From: Candidatus Woesearchaeota archaeon
GTDB lineage: Archaea; Nanobdellota; Nanobdellia; Woesearchaeales; 21-14-0-10-32-9
Direction: 5' to 3'
Assembly: GCA_020854775.1 (NCBI GenBank)
Contig: JAHKLZ010000008.1
Location: 8,221-72,220, forward strand
Length of the DNA: 64,000 bases
Positions 37,373 through 46,941 of this stretch are shown one piece after another (position 1 is the first letter of the stretch; each line of letters begins with the position of its first letter). Made by a program: the position numbers and the translations under genes. The notes beneath the pieces are model-generated. The model was not told the DNA's origin, ran no database searches, and worked only from the letters and a program-made list of their open reading frames with translations.

Positions 37373-39358
37373 TTATAAATATTCTGGTTCGTACTTAACA
37401 ACGAAACAATCAGAATCATCAACGACGTTAGTAAAACCTCTAAGCTTATCCAATAAAGAATCAACATCCACTAAGACTTGTTTTTCCTCACTAAAACTTA
37501 CAGATTCAAAATTAATATCATCATGATTGGCCAACTTAGATAACTTAGAAAAAACATAATCATCACAAAGAACAAAAGAATCATTCTTATTAATCAAGAA
37601 CCCTTTATTTAACAAAGACAAAATTTTTTCATTAACACCTAAAGAAAAACCTTGCTTAATAAGATCTTGCTCTTTAAACTCTTTTGACCTAAACGCGAAT
37701 CTTAAAATACTGATTTCAGAATCATCAAGACTTTTCAAATCAGGAATCTTCTTAGTAACAAAATCATCCTTATTAATAATTATTTCACCATTAACCAATT
37801 CTATAAGCAAAGAATACTCACCTTCCTTATCTTTACAAGTAATCTTCTTACAAGGAATAAGCACATTACGAATCTCACCAATAGGAGAATCACTCATCAA
37901 CCTCAAATCCTTATGAGACAAACCATGCTTAATCAAAGGCATAACTTTTTCTTCCTCAAAACTAGATACTTTATCCAAAAAATCAGAAGAAGACTCACTA
38001 ATAACAGTGTGAGCTTTCCCCCCATGAAGACTCATCCTAGGCCTAATATTAACAAATAAAGGAACATCAGTTAAACCCGTAACTAACGCAGTACCAATAG
38101 GTAAATTCTGAATTTCTTTCTCAACAGAACCAGTAAGACCCTCAACAGAAGCACTAAGAGCCTTCAAATCATTAGGATTAGTAACTTTTAAAATTAATTG
38201 AGTAGAACACTGACTAAGCACGGATTTATCAACCCTAGCAGGCCTTTGACTTATAGCACAAAGCCCCAACCCGAACTTCCTACCCTCAGAAGCAATATTC
38301 CTTATAATCTTACTAGCTTTAGTCTCACCAAAACTACGCTCAGGACAATAATTATGCGCTTCTTCAAGAACCAAGAAAAAAGGAGGAACTTTATTCTTTT
38401 TACGAAGCTCAAACAAATCCTTACAAAGCTTAAACACAATAACTTCTTGAACATCAGGATTAATACCTTTAAGATTAATAATAGTTGCCTTACCAGGTTT
38501 TAAAAAATCAGAATAAGGAACAGGCGTACCAGAAAAAATATGCATATCCTTCAAGTGCTCAACCATGCTCATAATGCTCCACTTAGCACTACTCTCCTCA
38601 GATTCTAAAGCAAACATAATAGAATCAAAATCAGAACTCTTAGCAGTTTTTAAAGCACTAAAAAGAATCGCTAACTGAGTATTAGACATCTTACCAGGCA
38701 TTAAATGAACAAGCTCTTGCTTATCAGAAGTCCTAGATAAACGAAGAGGCCTACAACCCTTAACAATTTCAGAATCACCAAATTCAATAACTTCAAAAGA
38801 CTCAGGTTTCAAATCCAAAAAAGAAAGCTTCTCCAAATCCTGAACGACATCATTCTTAAAACGAAGAGAAGAATACTCCCCGTGAGGATCAATTATTAAC
38901 AAAGGAATATTTCGTCTAATCATTTCCTCTAACAAAACACCTACTGCATAAGACTTACCAGACCCTGACTTAGCAAGAACAGCTAAATGCATAGACAAAA
39001 CCTTGTTAAGATCCAAAAAAACCTTAATGTTCTTACCTTCTAATTCACCAATAAACGCTCCATTAGAAACATTAATCTTAATAACTTCCTCAATGAAATC
39101 ATCCTCAGCCTCTAAAACCTCAGAACCAATATCTAAAGGAATCCTAAGCTTCTTAACCTTTTCATCCTCTTTAAAACCAATAATTTGACAAAACCCCGTA
39201 GTAGCATTAACTTCCTTTAAAATTTCAACTACTTGAGCCAAGACATAACCATAAGAAGGATGCATAACTTGAACGTACTGAAACTTTTTAGGTTCTTTTT
39301 CTGCATGAAAAAAGAAATCATTAGTCGTCGACTTTCCTACTATTCTACCTAAAATCAT
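37373..39358 (-). CDS. HerA/DUF87-family ATPase (FtsK-HerA superfamily) with C-terminal extension
   Basis: N-terminal HAS-barrel-like region. Walker A LAKSGSGKSYAVG...LLIIDPHGEY. Walker B FFLVLEEAH. No NurA-like nuclease gene is adjacent. Confidence 0.7.
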   Translation of the reverse strand: MILGRIVGKSTTNDFFFHAEKEPKKFQYVQVMHPSYGYVLAQVVEILKEVNATTGFCQIIGFKEDEKVKKLRIPLDIGSEVLEAEDDFIEEVIKINVSNGAFIGELEGKNIKVFLDLNKVLSMHLAVLAKSGSGKSYAVGVLLEEMIRRNIPLLIIDPHGEYSSLRFKNDVVQDLEKLSFLDLKPESFEVIEFGDSEIVKGCRPLRLSRTSDKQELVHLMPGKMSNTQLAILFSALKTAKSSDFDSIMFALESEESSAKWSIMSMVEHLKDMHIFSGTPVPYSDFLKPGKATIINLKGINPDVQEVIVFKLCKDLFELRKKNKVPPFFLVLEEAHNYCPERSFGETKASKIIRNIASEGRKFGLGLCAISQRPARVDKSVLSQCSTQLILKVTNPNDLKALSASVEGLTGSVEKEIQNLPIGTALVTGLTDVPLFVNIRPRMSLHGGKAHTVISESSSDFLDKVSSFEEEKVMPLIKHGLSHKDLRLMSDSPIGEIRNVLIPCKKITCKDKEGEYSLLIELVNGEIIINKDDFVTKKIPDLKSLDDSEISILRFAFRSKEFKEQDLIKQGFSLGVNEKILSLLNKGFLINKNDSFVLCDDYVFSKLSKLANHDDINFESVSFSEEKQVLVDVDSLLDKLRGFTNVVDDSDCFVVKYEPEYL

Positions 39359-39427
39359 TAAAAAGAGTTATTAATCATCATTTATAATTATTTCTACAAA
39401 CAAAAAAAGAAAAAAAAGAAAAAAGAA

Positions 39428-39652
39428 TTATTTTTCGTGAGGCTTTAACCTCTTAATCTGCATAGGCAAAACACCTTCTTCAAATTCCTTCTTAGCAATC
39501 TCTAAAGGATTATACTTAAGCTCCTCTAATTGCTTCTTAGAAAGCTTAATCAAAAAAGGAGCACCCATACCTATCTGAAGAGCCCTAGCCCCAATTAATC
39601 TAGCTTTCTCATACTTAGTCACATAACCCTCTGGCAAAGATATCCTAGTCAT
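39428..39652 (-). CDS. rpoK: DNA-directed RNA polymerase subunit K (Rpo6)
   Basis: TKYEKARLIGARALQIGMGAP matches the Rpo6/RPB6 core motif. Confidence 0.8.
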   Translation of the reverse strand: MTRISLPEGYVTKYEKARLIGARALQIGMGAPFLIKLSKKQLEELKYNPLEIAKKEFEEGVLPMQIKRLKPHEK

Positions 39653-40441
39653 TCAATTCACCTCGACTATTTTAGATCTTAAAACTTTAGAAGTCTTAAT
39701 CGCTAAATCAACCATTTTCTCAATGTCCTTCATAGTTAAAGGAGAATCTCCTCCTTTCTGCAAAGCACAAATCTTATCATCATCCAAAACAGTCACAGTT
39801 AAACGAGCATCAACAGCCTTCTCCTCCTCATCAGTAGGATCAACGATTAACAAATCACCAATCTTACAAACAGTAATAGGAACAGGCATTTTTTGAAGCT
39901 CCAAAGTCTTATCAGTCTTAACATGATAATCAACAGTACCATCCTCATTCATCTTAGGAAACCTAGCATTCTTCAAAGCAGCAAGAGCAGCCAAGCCACC
40001 CATATCAATTAAGTTCCCATCATAATTCAAAGGAACAATATCAATAGCCACAGTCCAAACTTTTTCTCCTTTCTCCAAACAAAGAGACTTAGTATTGAAA
40101 GCCTTACTCTCCCTAATACCCCTATCTATAACTCTAGCAGTCTCAATGGATTCAATACTAGGAGGACCAGATTCAAATTCAGGATTACTAAGAGGAAGAA
40201 GCTCAGCTCCAACCATTAATACTCCGTCTTCAGGTGTATCAGGATAAGGCTTCTCAATAGCCATCTTAACACCTGCAAGAACCTCTGCGTCACCAAAAAT
40301 GATCTTCGCAGAACCCTCAGCAGTAGATAAAAAACCAGTCTCAATACTTATAGGTCTTAATTCTTCAAGCTTCCTACCATCAATCCTTATACCTTTCTTT
40401 AAAGCATTCCTTATATGTTCTTTTACTTCATGATTCATCAT
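39653..40441 (-). CDS. rrp42: Exosome complex component Rrp42 (RNase PH-like, non-catalytic)
   Basis: RNase PH fold. Position after rrp41 in the conserved superoperon. Confidence 0.8.
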   Translation of the reverse strand: MMNHEVKEHIRNALKKGIRIDGRKLEELRPISIETGFLSTAEGSAKIIFGDAEVLAGVKMAIEKPYPDTPEDGVLMVGAELLPLSNPEFESGPPSIESIETARVIDRGIRESKAFNTKSLCLEKGEKVWTVAIDIVPLNYDGNLIDMGGLAALAALKNARFPKMNEDGTVDYHVKTDKTLELQKMPVPITVCKIGDLLIVDPTDEEEKAVDARLTVTVLDDDKICALQKGGDSPLTMKDIEKMVDLAIKTSKVLRSKIVEVN

Positions 40442-40448
40442 AATTACC

Positions 40449-41144
40449 TCATTTATACTTATTCTTTAAAGCTTCTCTTTGCTTCTCAGCAATTAATCTC
40501 AAAGCAGGCTTAACCATTTCCAAGCCTTTAAAAAAATCCTCCTTTGAAACAATACCATCCATTTGAAGAAGAGTAATTTCTTCAGTGCTAGGAATCATCG
40601 CAATAGGAACATCCGCAGCTTCATTCTCATCCATGTGTTCTTCATCACCATCCAAGTCAACCAATAAATTACCACGAACCATACCCACTGAAACAGAAGA
40701 TACCATGTCTTTCATAGTTAAACCCGCATCAGCCAAAGCAATAGCCGCTGCACAAATACCAGCACACCTACTACCCGCATCTGTTTGAGGAAGCTCAATA
40801 AAAACATCCACTACTGTGTTAGGATAATCCCTTAAATCAAGAACAGGCCTTAAAGCCTTCTCAGTCACCATACTAATCTCTTTACTTCTACGAGAAGGAC
40901 CAGGTCTAACCCTAGAACCATCACCTGAAAAAGGAAGCATGCTGTAATTACACCTAAGAATCCCTGTTTTAGGATCTTGCAAAAACTTAGGATGCAATTC
41001 CCTAGGACCATAAACAGCCGCGTAAGCCTCAGTATCTCCTATTTTAAAACGAGCAGAACCATCCGCTTTCTTTATAACACCAGCCTCTGCTTCTACAGGC
41101 CTAGCTTCATCAAATTTTCTCTTACTTGGTCTTTCAAAAGTCAT
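40449..41144 (-). CDS. rrp41: Exosome complex exonuclease Rrp41 (RNase PH)
   Basis: AVYGPRE...LRCNYSMLPFSG...DAGSRCAGICAA phosphorolytic site. Confidence 0.85.
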   Translation of the reverse strand: MTFERPSKRKFDEARPVEAEAGVIKKADGSARFKIGDTEAYAAVYGPRELHPKFLQDPKTGILRCNYSMLPFSGDGSRVRPGPSRRSKEISMVTEKALRPVLDLRDYPNTVVDVFIELPQTDAGSRCAGICAAAIALADAGLTMKDMVSSVSVGMVRGNLLVDLDGDEEHMDENEAADVPIAMIPSTEEITLLQMDGIVSKEDFFKGLEMVKPALRLIAEKQREALKNKYK

Positions 41145-41887
41145 TGTTGATCACCTTGATTATTATGCTCAGATTCATCTTGCTCAGATAAATCAATAAT
41201 TCTACCAGTTCTTTGTTCTAAGAACACCTTTATTTTATCAGTCATACCTTGATGATGACTTTCTTTTTCAATCTTCTTAATGGTTTCAGAAACAATCACT
41301 TCCATGTCAGGAGTACCCTCAAACCAAATCAAGCCATTCTGACCAATCATTATTTTACAATCAGTCCCTTTCTTAATCATAGAAACCATAGAACCTTTTT
41401 TACCAATAATCCTAGGAACCTTGTTAGGATTAACTTTCATAACTCTACCACCCCTAAGCTTTTTAAGCCCAGGACCCTTAGCAGTTACATCTATTAAGTT
41501 CTGACTAGTAACATTAGTTATTTTAACCATCACGAAATCTTCCAAATTAAAATACCTAGTAAGATCAGCGCCTTTAGCAATGAAATCAAAACTAGCATCC
41601 TTCAAAGGAAGAACAGCGGAATAAGGACAATTAATATCAAGCCTCCAACCACTCATTAAAATGTCATCGACCTTACCAATAATAACGTCGTTTCTTTGAG
41701 GTAAGTACCTACCCGCCATAGGAATAGATCTAAGCACTTTGCCTTCAACAGAGATAACTCCTAATCTATTCGCTAAGATGTCTTCGCTCAATCTGTAAGT
41801 CCCGTTACTTGGCAAGAAATCCAAGCCCTTAGCAAGAATTTGCCCAGGAACTACTACTTCTTTATCTTTCACTAATAATTCTCCCAT
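41141..41887 (-). CDS. rrp4: Exosome RNA-binding subunit Rrp4 (S1 plus KH domains)
   Basis: N-terminal domain plus S1 (VIIGKVDDILMSGWRLDI) plus KH (IIGKKGSMVSMIKKGTDCKIMIGQNG). Confidence 0.85.
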   Translation of the reverse strand: MGELLVKDKEVVVPGQILAKGLDFLPSNGTYRLSEDILANRLGVISVEGKVLRSIPMAGRYLPQRNDVIIGKVDDILMSGWRLDINCPYSAVLPLKDASFDFIAKGADLTRYFNLEDFVMVKITNVTSQNLIDVTAKGPGLKKLRGGRVMKVNPNKVPRIIGKKGSMVSMIKKGTDCKIMIGQNGLIWFEGTPDMEVIVSETIKKIEKESHHQGMTDKIKVFLEQRTGRIIDLSEQDESEHNNQGDQQ

Positions 41888-41903
41888 TTTTCTTTTTCAC
41901 CTT

Positions 41904-42632
41904 TCATTTATTAACATTAACTTCCGCGGAACCCTTAGTCCTCGAACCTAACTCATCCACTAAGTCCGCGTACATACCCGCAGGAATCTTCATTTTACAA
42001 ACATAAGAACCATCACTCAACCAATCCTCAGACACAACAGAGCCTTGAGCCTTCAAAAAACCATGAAGCTTAGCAGCGAACTGCATAGGCAACCTTATCT
42101 GAAGAACTTTCTCCTCAACCCTGATAGGAAGAACAGGTTTTAAACCAGAAATAATTTCTTGAACTTGGTCTTCTGCTTTTCTATATTCATCAATTTTTAA
42201 TTTAGATTCATTCAACGCGGACTCAATTCTATTAACAGGATGAGGTAACCCAGACCTAGGATCAATAGCTATTCTATGAATAGCATTAATTATTTGTTTT
42301 CTCTTCTCATCACGAAGCTTCTCTCTGTGCTCAGAAGATAATTGAACTTCTCCTTGTTTAATTAATTTCAAAGCAGCCTTAAAAAAGTCTTTAGTCAAAA
42401 AAGCTTGTTCTATGTCTTCTTCATTAGCTAATTCGCCTTTCTTCGCGTCAGAAAAAATATTCTCAGATTTTAACAACTCAGATAAATCCTCTATTGAATC
42501 AGAATTCTTATTCTTGAAATCAATAGCTAAGTCAGGATCAACAACTATTTCAAAGTTCTTACCGAACTTAGTAAACCTAACAAGGTTAAACTGAACTTTT
42601 TCATGAGCAAATATTTTTTCTTTCATTCTCAT
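41904..42632 (-). CDS. sdo1: Shwachman-Bodian-Diamond syndrome protein homologue (SBDS)
   Basis: KVQFNLVRFTKFGKNFEIVVDPDLAIDF is the FYSH-domain signature. Sits in the superoperon position. Confidence 0.8.
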   Translation of the reverse strand: MRMKEKIFAHEKVQFNLVRFTKFGKNFEIVVDPDLAIDFKNKNSDSIEDLSELLKSENIFSDAKKGELANEEDIEQAFLTKDFFKAALKLIKQGEVQLSSEHREKLRDEKRKQIINAIHRIAIDPRSGLPHPVNRIESALNESKLKIDEYRKAEDQVQEIISGLKPVLPIRVEEKVLQIRLPMQFAAKLHGFLKAQGSVVSEDWLSDGSYVCKMKIPAGMYADLVDELGSRTKGSAEVNVNK

Positions 42633-42654
42633 AACGAATCACCTAATCTTTTTT

Positions 42655-43371
42655 TTATTTACAAAATTTTTCTAATTTATCTTTTGGAACTTTTTCCATT
42701 TGCTTTGTGCTTAAAGGAATAATAGCTGCGTCGATTCGCTCAGGCTTAAAATTATCATTCAAAAATTTTTTAAGCATCTTAATAGCTAGTTGAAGACCTT
42801 CATCAACACTCATAGAGTCTTTGTATTCTTTATGAAGCATTTCTTCTATTTCAGGTTCTCCCTCACCAATAACAGTTGCCTTGTATTGATAATAAAGACC
42901 TGTCGGATCCGTTTCGAACAAAGTCAAACCAGTAGAATCAATGCCTGCAACTAATAAAGACACCCCAAACGGTCTTAAGCCTCCCGATTGAGTACAAAGT
43001 TGTTTTAGATTACACATGTCTTTGACAACCGCTAAGTTATCAATAGGATTATCATATTCTACGCGGTGTTGCTGAGCCTTAACCTGAGCTCTTTCAACTA
43101 AGACACGAGCATCAGATAATATACCTGCAGCAGTAGCCATGACGTGATCATCAATCTTAAAGATTTTCTCTATTGTATCAGGAACTACTAATTTGTCAAC
43201 TAATCTCTTATCCGTCACTAATATAACGCCGTCTTTACAAACCATGCCTATAGCCGTGTTTCCTAATCTAACTGTTCTCTTCGCGTATTCAACTTGAAGA
43301 AGCCTACCATCAGGACTAAACATAGTTATAGCTCGGTCATAACCCATCATTTGATGTTGTACTGGTTCCAT
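42655..43371 (-). CDS. psmA: Proteasome subunit alpha
   Basis: YDRAITMFSPDGRLLQVEYA alpha-type N-terminal motif. Confidence 0.9.
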   Translation of the reverse strand: MEPVQHQMMGYDRAITMFSPDGRLLQVEYAKRTVRLGNTAIGMVCKDGVILVTDKRLVDKLVVPDTIEKIFKIDDHVMATAAGILSDARVLVERAQVKAQQHRVEYDNPIDNLAVVKDMCNLKQLCTQSGGLRPFGVSLLVAGIDSTGLTLFETDPTGLYYQYKATVIGEGEPEIEEMLHKEYKDSMSVDEGLQLAIKMLKKFLNDNFKPERIDAAIIPLSTKQMEKVPKDKLEKFCK

Positions 43372-43372
43372 A

Positions 43373-43735
43373 TTAATTACCTCCTAAACGTCTTGGTTCA
43401 GTTCTCGCTTTGTTAACTGAACCTGAAACTTTTTTTGTTGTTAAAATAACTTTTCTCGACCCTAATTCATTAATAAAAAGAAGAGAAGCTTTAACCCTGT
43501 CTAAGTACTTCGCTGAAGCCCTAATCAAAGCACAATTATCTTTAAAATCTAAAGGAATCAATCCCGCGCCCGCAGCATCTATTATTCCTAAGTTGTGATT
43601 AATCTTAGTCACTAATTCATTTAATGGTCTACCCACAAATTTATTAGTATCTAAAGTTATTAGTTCAATGTTCAAATACCTTTTTTTTTCTTTAAGGCTA
43701 GGCATAAGACCTTTTATTCGTCTCATAATAGTCAC
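43373..43735 (-). CDS. rnp2: RNase P protein component Pop5 (Rnp2)
   Basis: MPSLKEKKRYLNIELI matches Pop5 L(R)xKxRYxxFE. Superoperon position is immediately upstream of psmA. Confidence 0.6.
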   Translation of the reverse strand: MTIMRRIKGLMPSLKEKKRYLNIELITLDTNKFVGRPLNELVTKINHNLGIIDAAGAGLIPLDFKDNCALIRASAKYLDRVKASLLFINELGSRKVILTTKKVSGSVNKARTEPRRLGGN

Positions 43736-43960
43736 CTAGAAGAACCAACCCTCGCTCCATTCTTCTTTATATAGAGGGGGAACAAAAATTTGTTTATAAA
43801 GTTTTGTTTTTAACAGTACCAAGCGCCTTAAAAAAGACTCGGACTAAAAACAGGAAGTATTAAAAAAAAAGTAACTATTTATAAATGAATAACCGAAAAG
43901 AATAAAAACAAAAGAAACAACTCAAGATTCATAAAACTTTAAAATCTTAAAATTACGAAG

Positions 43961-44683
43961 GTGATACCTATGGCTAAGAAAAAAGATGAAAAACCCGAAC
44001 ACATGAAACACGTAGATACATACATGAAACACGCTGATGCAATAGATGTGTTCTCTGATAATTTACACTTGAAAATAATGAATGCTACTTCTAAGACTTT
44101 ATTAAAAGAAGGATCATCATGGGTTAAAGACGGTGAATATGATAGAAAAGCTATTGCTAAAGGTGGAAAAGTAATAGATGATTTAACTGACGCTATGCTT
44201 AATGACTTAATAGCTGCTTCGTCACCACAATTCAAAAAGATGTATAATATTGATTTACCAAAATTAGGAGATGATCCTGCTTCAAAGCATTTCTATGAAA
44301 AATTCTTAGGTATAAATAAGAAAAATGTTAGAGAATTCGTAGATAAAAACAAGAAGAATTGGAGTCCTGAAGTACACCACGATTTCACGAGTGATTACGC
44401 TAAAAACTGGGTTAACGAACTTAGTTCTTATGCACACTCACACATAGACGCTGAGAAACACTTAGATGATTACATAAAAGAATACAAATTAAAAGACATC
44501 ATAGACGATAAGATGCTTCCCGCATTTAAGAAATCAAATGAAGCTTCTTTACTAATAAGAGGAATGCTTGATTATTACAGAAAAGAAGGAAAGAACCCTG
44601 ATGCAGGCGTAGTGCAAAACTTAGCGAATGCATACAAGCAAGAATCTAAAGGAAAAATAGACATAACAAAATACCTAAAATAA
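43961..44683 (+). CDS. Hypothetical lysine-rich protein (240 aa)
   Basis: ORF with coding-like composition. No recognisable domain. Confidence 0.4.
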   Translation: MIPMAKKKDEKPEHMKHVDTYMKHADAIDVFSDNLHLKIMNATSKTLLKEGSSWVKDGEYDRKAIAKGGKVIDDLTDAMLNDLIAASSPQFKKMYNIDLPKLGDDPASKHFYEKFLGINKKNVREFVDKNKKNWSPEVHHDFTSDYAKNWVNELSSYAHSHIDAEKHLDDYIKEYKLKDIIDDKMLPAFKKSNEASLLIRGMLDYYRKEGKNPDAGVVQNLANAYKQESKGKIDITKYLK

Positions 44684-44721
44684 AAAATAAAAAAACTTTT
44701 TTTCTTTTTTTTCTTATTGTT

Positions 44722-46938
44722 TTATCTTTCGAATTTAGGAACGAATAATTCTTTGTGTTCTTCTTCCATCTCCACGACTTTACCCATAATAGTTAAGTCA
44801 TGATGATATCTTACATCCTTAATATTATAAGAAGGATAATACAAATACAAGAAATTATTATACTTCAAATCCTCTACATTAATGGAAAAGAAATCAGGTT
44901 CATTAATGAATAATCCGCCTATTACGACTGAGTCGTTAAATGCTGTTTCATTAAATGTTACTTCTTCTTCACCTTTGAATAAGTCCCTAAAGAAACCAGA
45001 ACTAATAGAATATGTTTTTTCAGGAACTAACAAAACAGGATTTTGTTCATTCGCACCAAGAACTCTTTCAGAAACAAGAATAACTTCGTAATTACCAGGT
45101 AATAAAGAAGTTTTTATCTCAGTTTCAGGATAAGACAAATTAAATATTCTTACAAAGCCCGGATTATCTTTCATTATTAACATAACAGTTAATATTTCAT
45201 TTTCTTCAAGAACACGACCATCTTCCATTGCTAAATCCAAAGACCATGTTCTTTTCTCAGCGTCTTCTAATTCATTAATTTCTACGTTATTAACAAAATA
45301 AGATTTTTTTCTAGGCCTAATAATTATTTCTTTTTCAGGATACACTTCTAATATGAATTCATAAGACTCCTCAACTGTTAAATCAGAATCATAACTAACT
45401 TGGTAGTTCCCAGTTAAACTATGAAATTCTCCTCCGAAGCAAGGAGGAAGAAAACCTTCAATAACTGCTGAACCATCTTTCATCTTAGAATTACCAACAG
45501 GAATCGTAACGTCCAAACAAGTATATGCAAGAGCAAAATCCTCAACAGGACTCTCATCATAACCATTTCTAACAATTACTTTAACAGGAATAGTTCTTTG
45601 ATCAGGATACCCGAATCCACCAAAATCATCTTCTAATTCATAAGAATCATAAACTATTTCTTCGAAGTCAGTTAACAAGAACTCGTTTTGTCTAACATTA
45701 ACTTCAACTACGAACCTAAAAATATAACCTTCGTCATTAAAAGCAAAGGGATCCTCTACGGTAACTAGTACAGGATAAGCAATATCATAAAAGAATTCAT
45801 AATCAGTCATAGCAAAATTAAACAAACCAAGCATACTAATTTGGAGCTTAGGCACCGCGGTAATAACAGGACCAAAACCAGGCTTTATGTTCAAATACAT
45901 AGGCCAAGAAGGCATATAATCAAAAGAAACCCTTGTTCTTTCAAGCTTATCAGCATCAATATCAAAAGGTGGAAAAATAAAAGATGAATAAATCAAGTTA
46001 GCATAAGGATCATTAGTTAAAGGAATAAAAGAATCATAAGCACCCATAACTTGCAAGAAACCAGAATTATCAGCTAATTCAGTTCTCAAAAGTTCTTTAG
46101 ATTCAAACAAGTTCCAAATAGCAGGAGAACTAACAGTGTGCTCACTATAACGACTAATAGGGGGAATAACAGCATTTTTACCACCCATACTCATTAATTC
46201 AAGCACTTTAATAGTGTACTCTTCCAAGAAAGAAGCATCAGAATAAAGTTGTGATTCATACAATAATTGCTTAGCAAAATCAAAAGTTTTTCTAAATTCC
46301 AAATCAACAACGTCATTAAACTTATTAAGCTTAGCAACAGTGTCATCCTCAAAGAACTCAACTTCTAAACCCCAATCAAGCTCAACAAAAACATCATCCA
46401 TTCTAAACAAAACATTAGCAAAAGGCTCAGAATAAGAAATAGAATACAAAGAAGCATAATTACTAAAATCATTCAAACAATCAACGATGTTAGATTCAAT
46501 GTAATCCTCAACTTGAGCCTTAACAGAATTAGGGCCGGATTCAAGAGATGGCACACCCATAATTAAAGAAACACTATCACCACCAGGATTATTAGGAGAA
46601 TAATACCAATAAGGAATAACTTGATTACTACCAGGAAAAAACTCTAAAGCAGTATTCAAATACTCAGGGACTAAACCATGCTGAAACTGAGAAACATCTA
46701 TGTAACCCCCTTGCAAACCCACCCTTATTAGAGCTTCTTTAGTTAAAGAACCAACACAATAATTAACATCAAGAACTAAAGGACTAAGCCTAGCGTCAAA
46801 CTCAGTAACCAAAGCATCAGTAGGATCAGGCTCTACTTCATCAAACAAAAGAAAAAAAGCAATAAAAACTAAAACAAACACTATTAAACCCAAAATAACA
46901 AACACCGTAACTTGACCCTTTTTTTTATCCCAAACCAT
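44722..46938 (-). CDS. Large membrane-anchored extracytoplasmic protein (738 aa), no recognisable domains
   Basis: N-terminal signal-anchor VTVFVILGLIVFVLVFIAFFLLF, then ~700 aa of acidic, aromatic-rich sequence. A 3-nt gap to the upstream 1379-aa gene suggests an operon. Confidence 0.6.
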   Translation of the reverse strand: MVWDKKKGQVTVFVILGLIVFVLVFIAFFLLFDEVEPDPTDALVTEFDARLSPLVLDVNYCVGSLTKEALIRVGLQGGYIDVSQFQHGLVPEYLNTALEFFPGSNQVIPYWYYSPNNPGGDSVSLIMGVPSLESGPNSVKAQVEDYIESNIVDCLNDFSNYASLYSISYSEPFANVLFRMDDVFVELDWGLEVEFFEDDTVAKLNKFNDVVDLEFRKTFDFAKQLLYESQLYSDASFLEEYTIKVLELMSMGGKNAVIPPISRYSEHTVSSPAIWNLFESKELLRTELADNSGFLQVMGAYDSFIPLTNDPYANLIYSSFIFPPFDIDADKLERTRVSFDYMPSWPMYLNIKPGFGPVITAVPKLQISMLGLFNFAMTDYEFFYDIAYPVLVTVEDPFAFNDEGYIFRFVVEVNVRQNEFLLTDFEEIVYDSYELEDDFGGFGYPDQRTIPVKVIVRNGYDESPVEDFALAYTCLDVTIPVGNSKMKDGSAVIEGFLPPCFGGEFHSLTGNYQVSYDSDLTVEESYEFILEVYPEKEIIIRPRKKSYFVNNVEINELEDAEKRTWSLDLAMEDGRVLEENEILTVMLIMKDNPGFVRIFNLSYPETEIKTSLLPGNYEVILVSERVLGANEQNPVLLVPEKTYSISSGFFRDLFKGEEEVTFNETAFNDSVVIGGLFINEPDFFSINVEDLKYNNFLYLYYPSYNIKDVRYHHDLTIMGKVVEMEEEHKELFVPKFER

Positions 46939-46941
46939 TTT

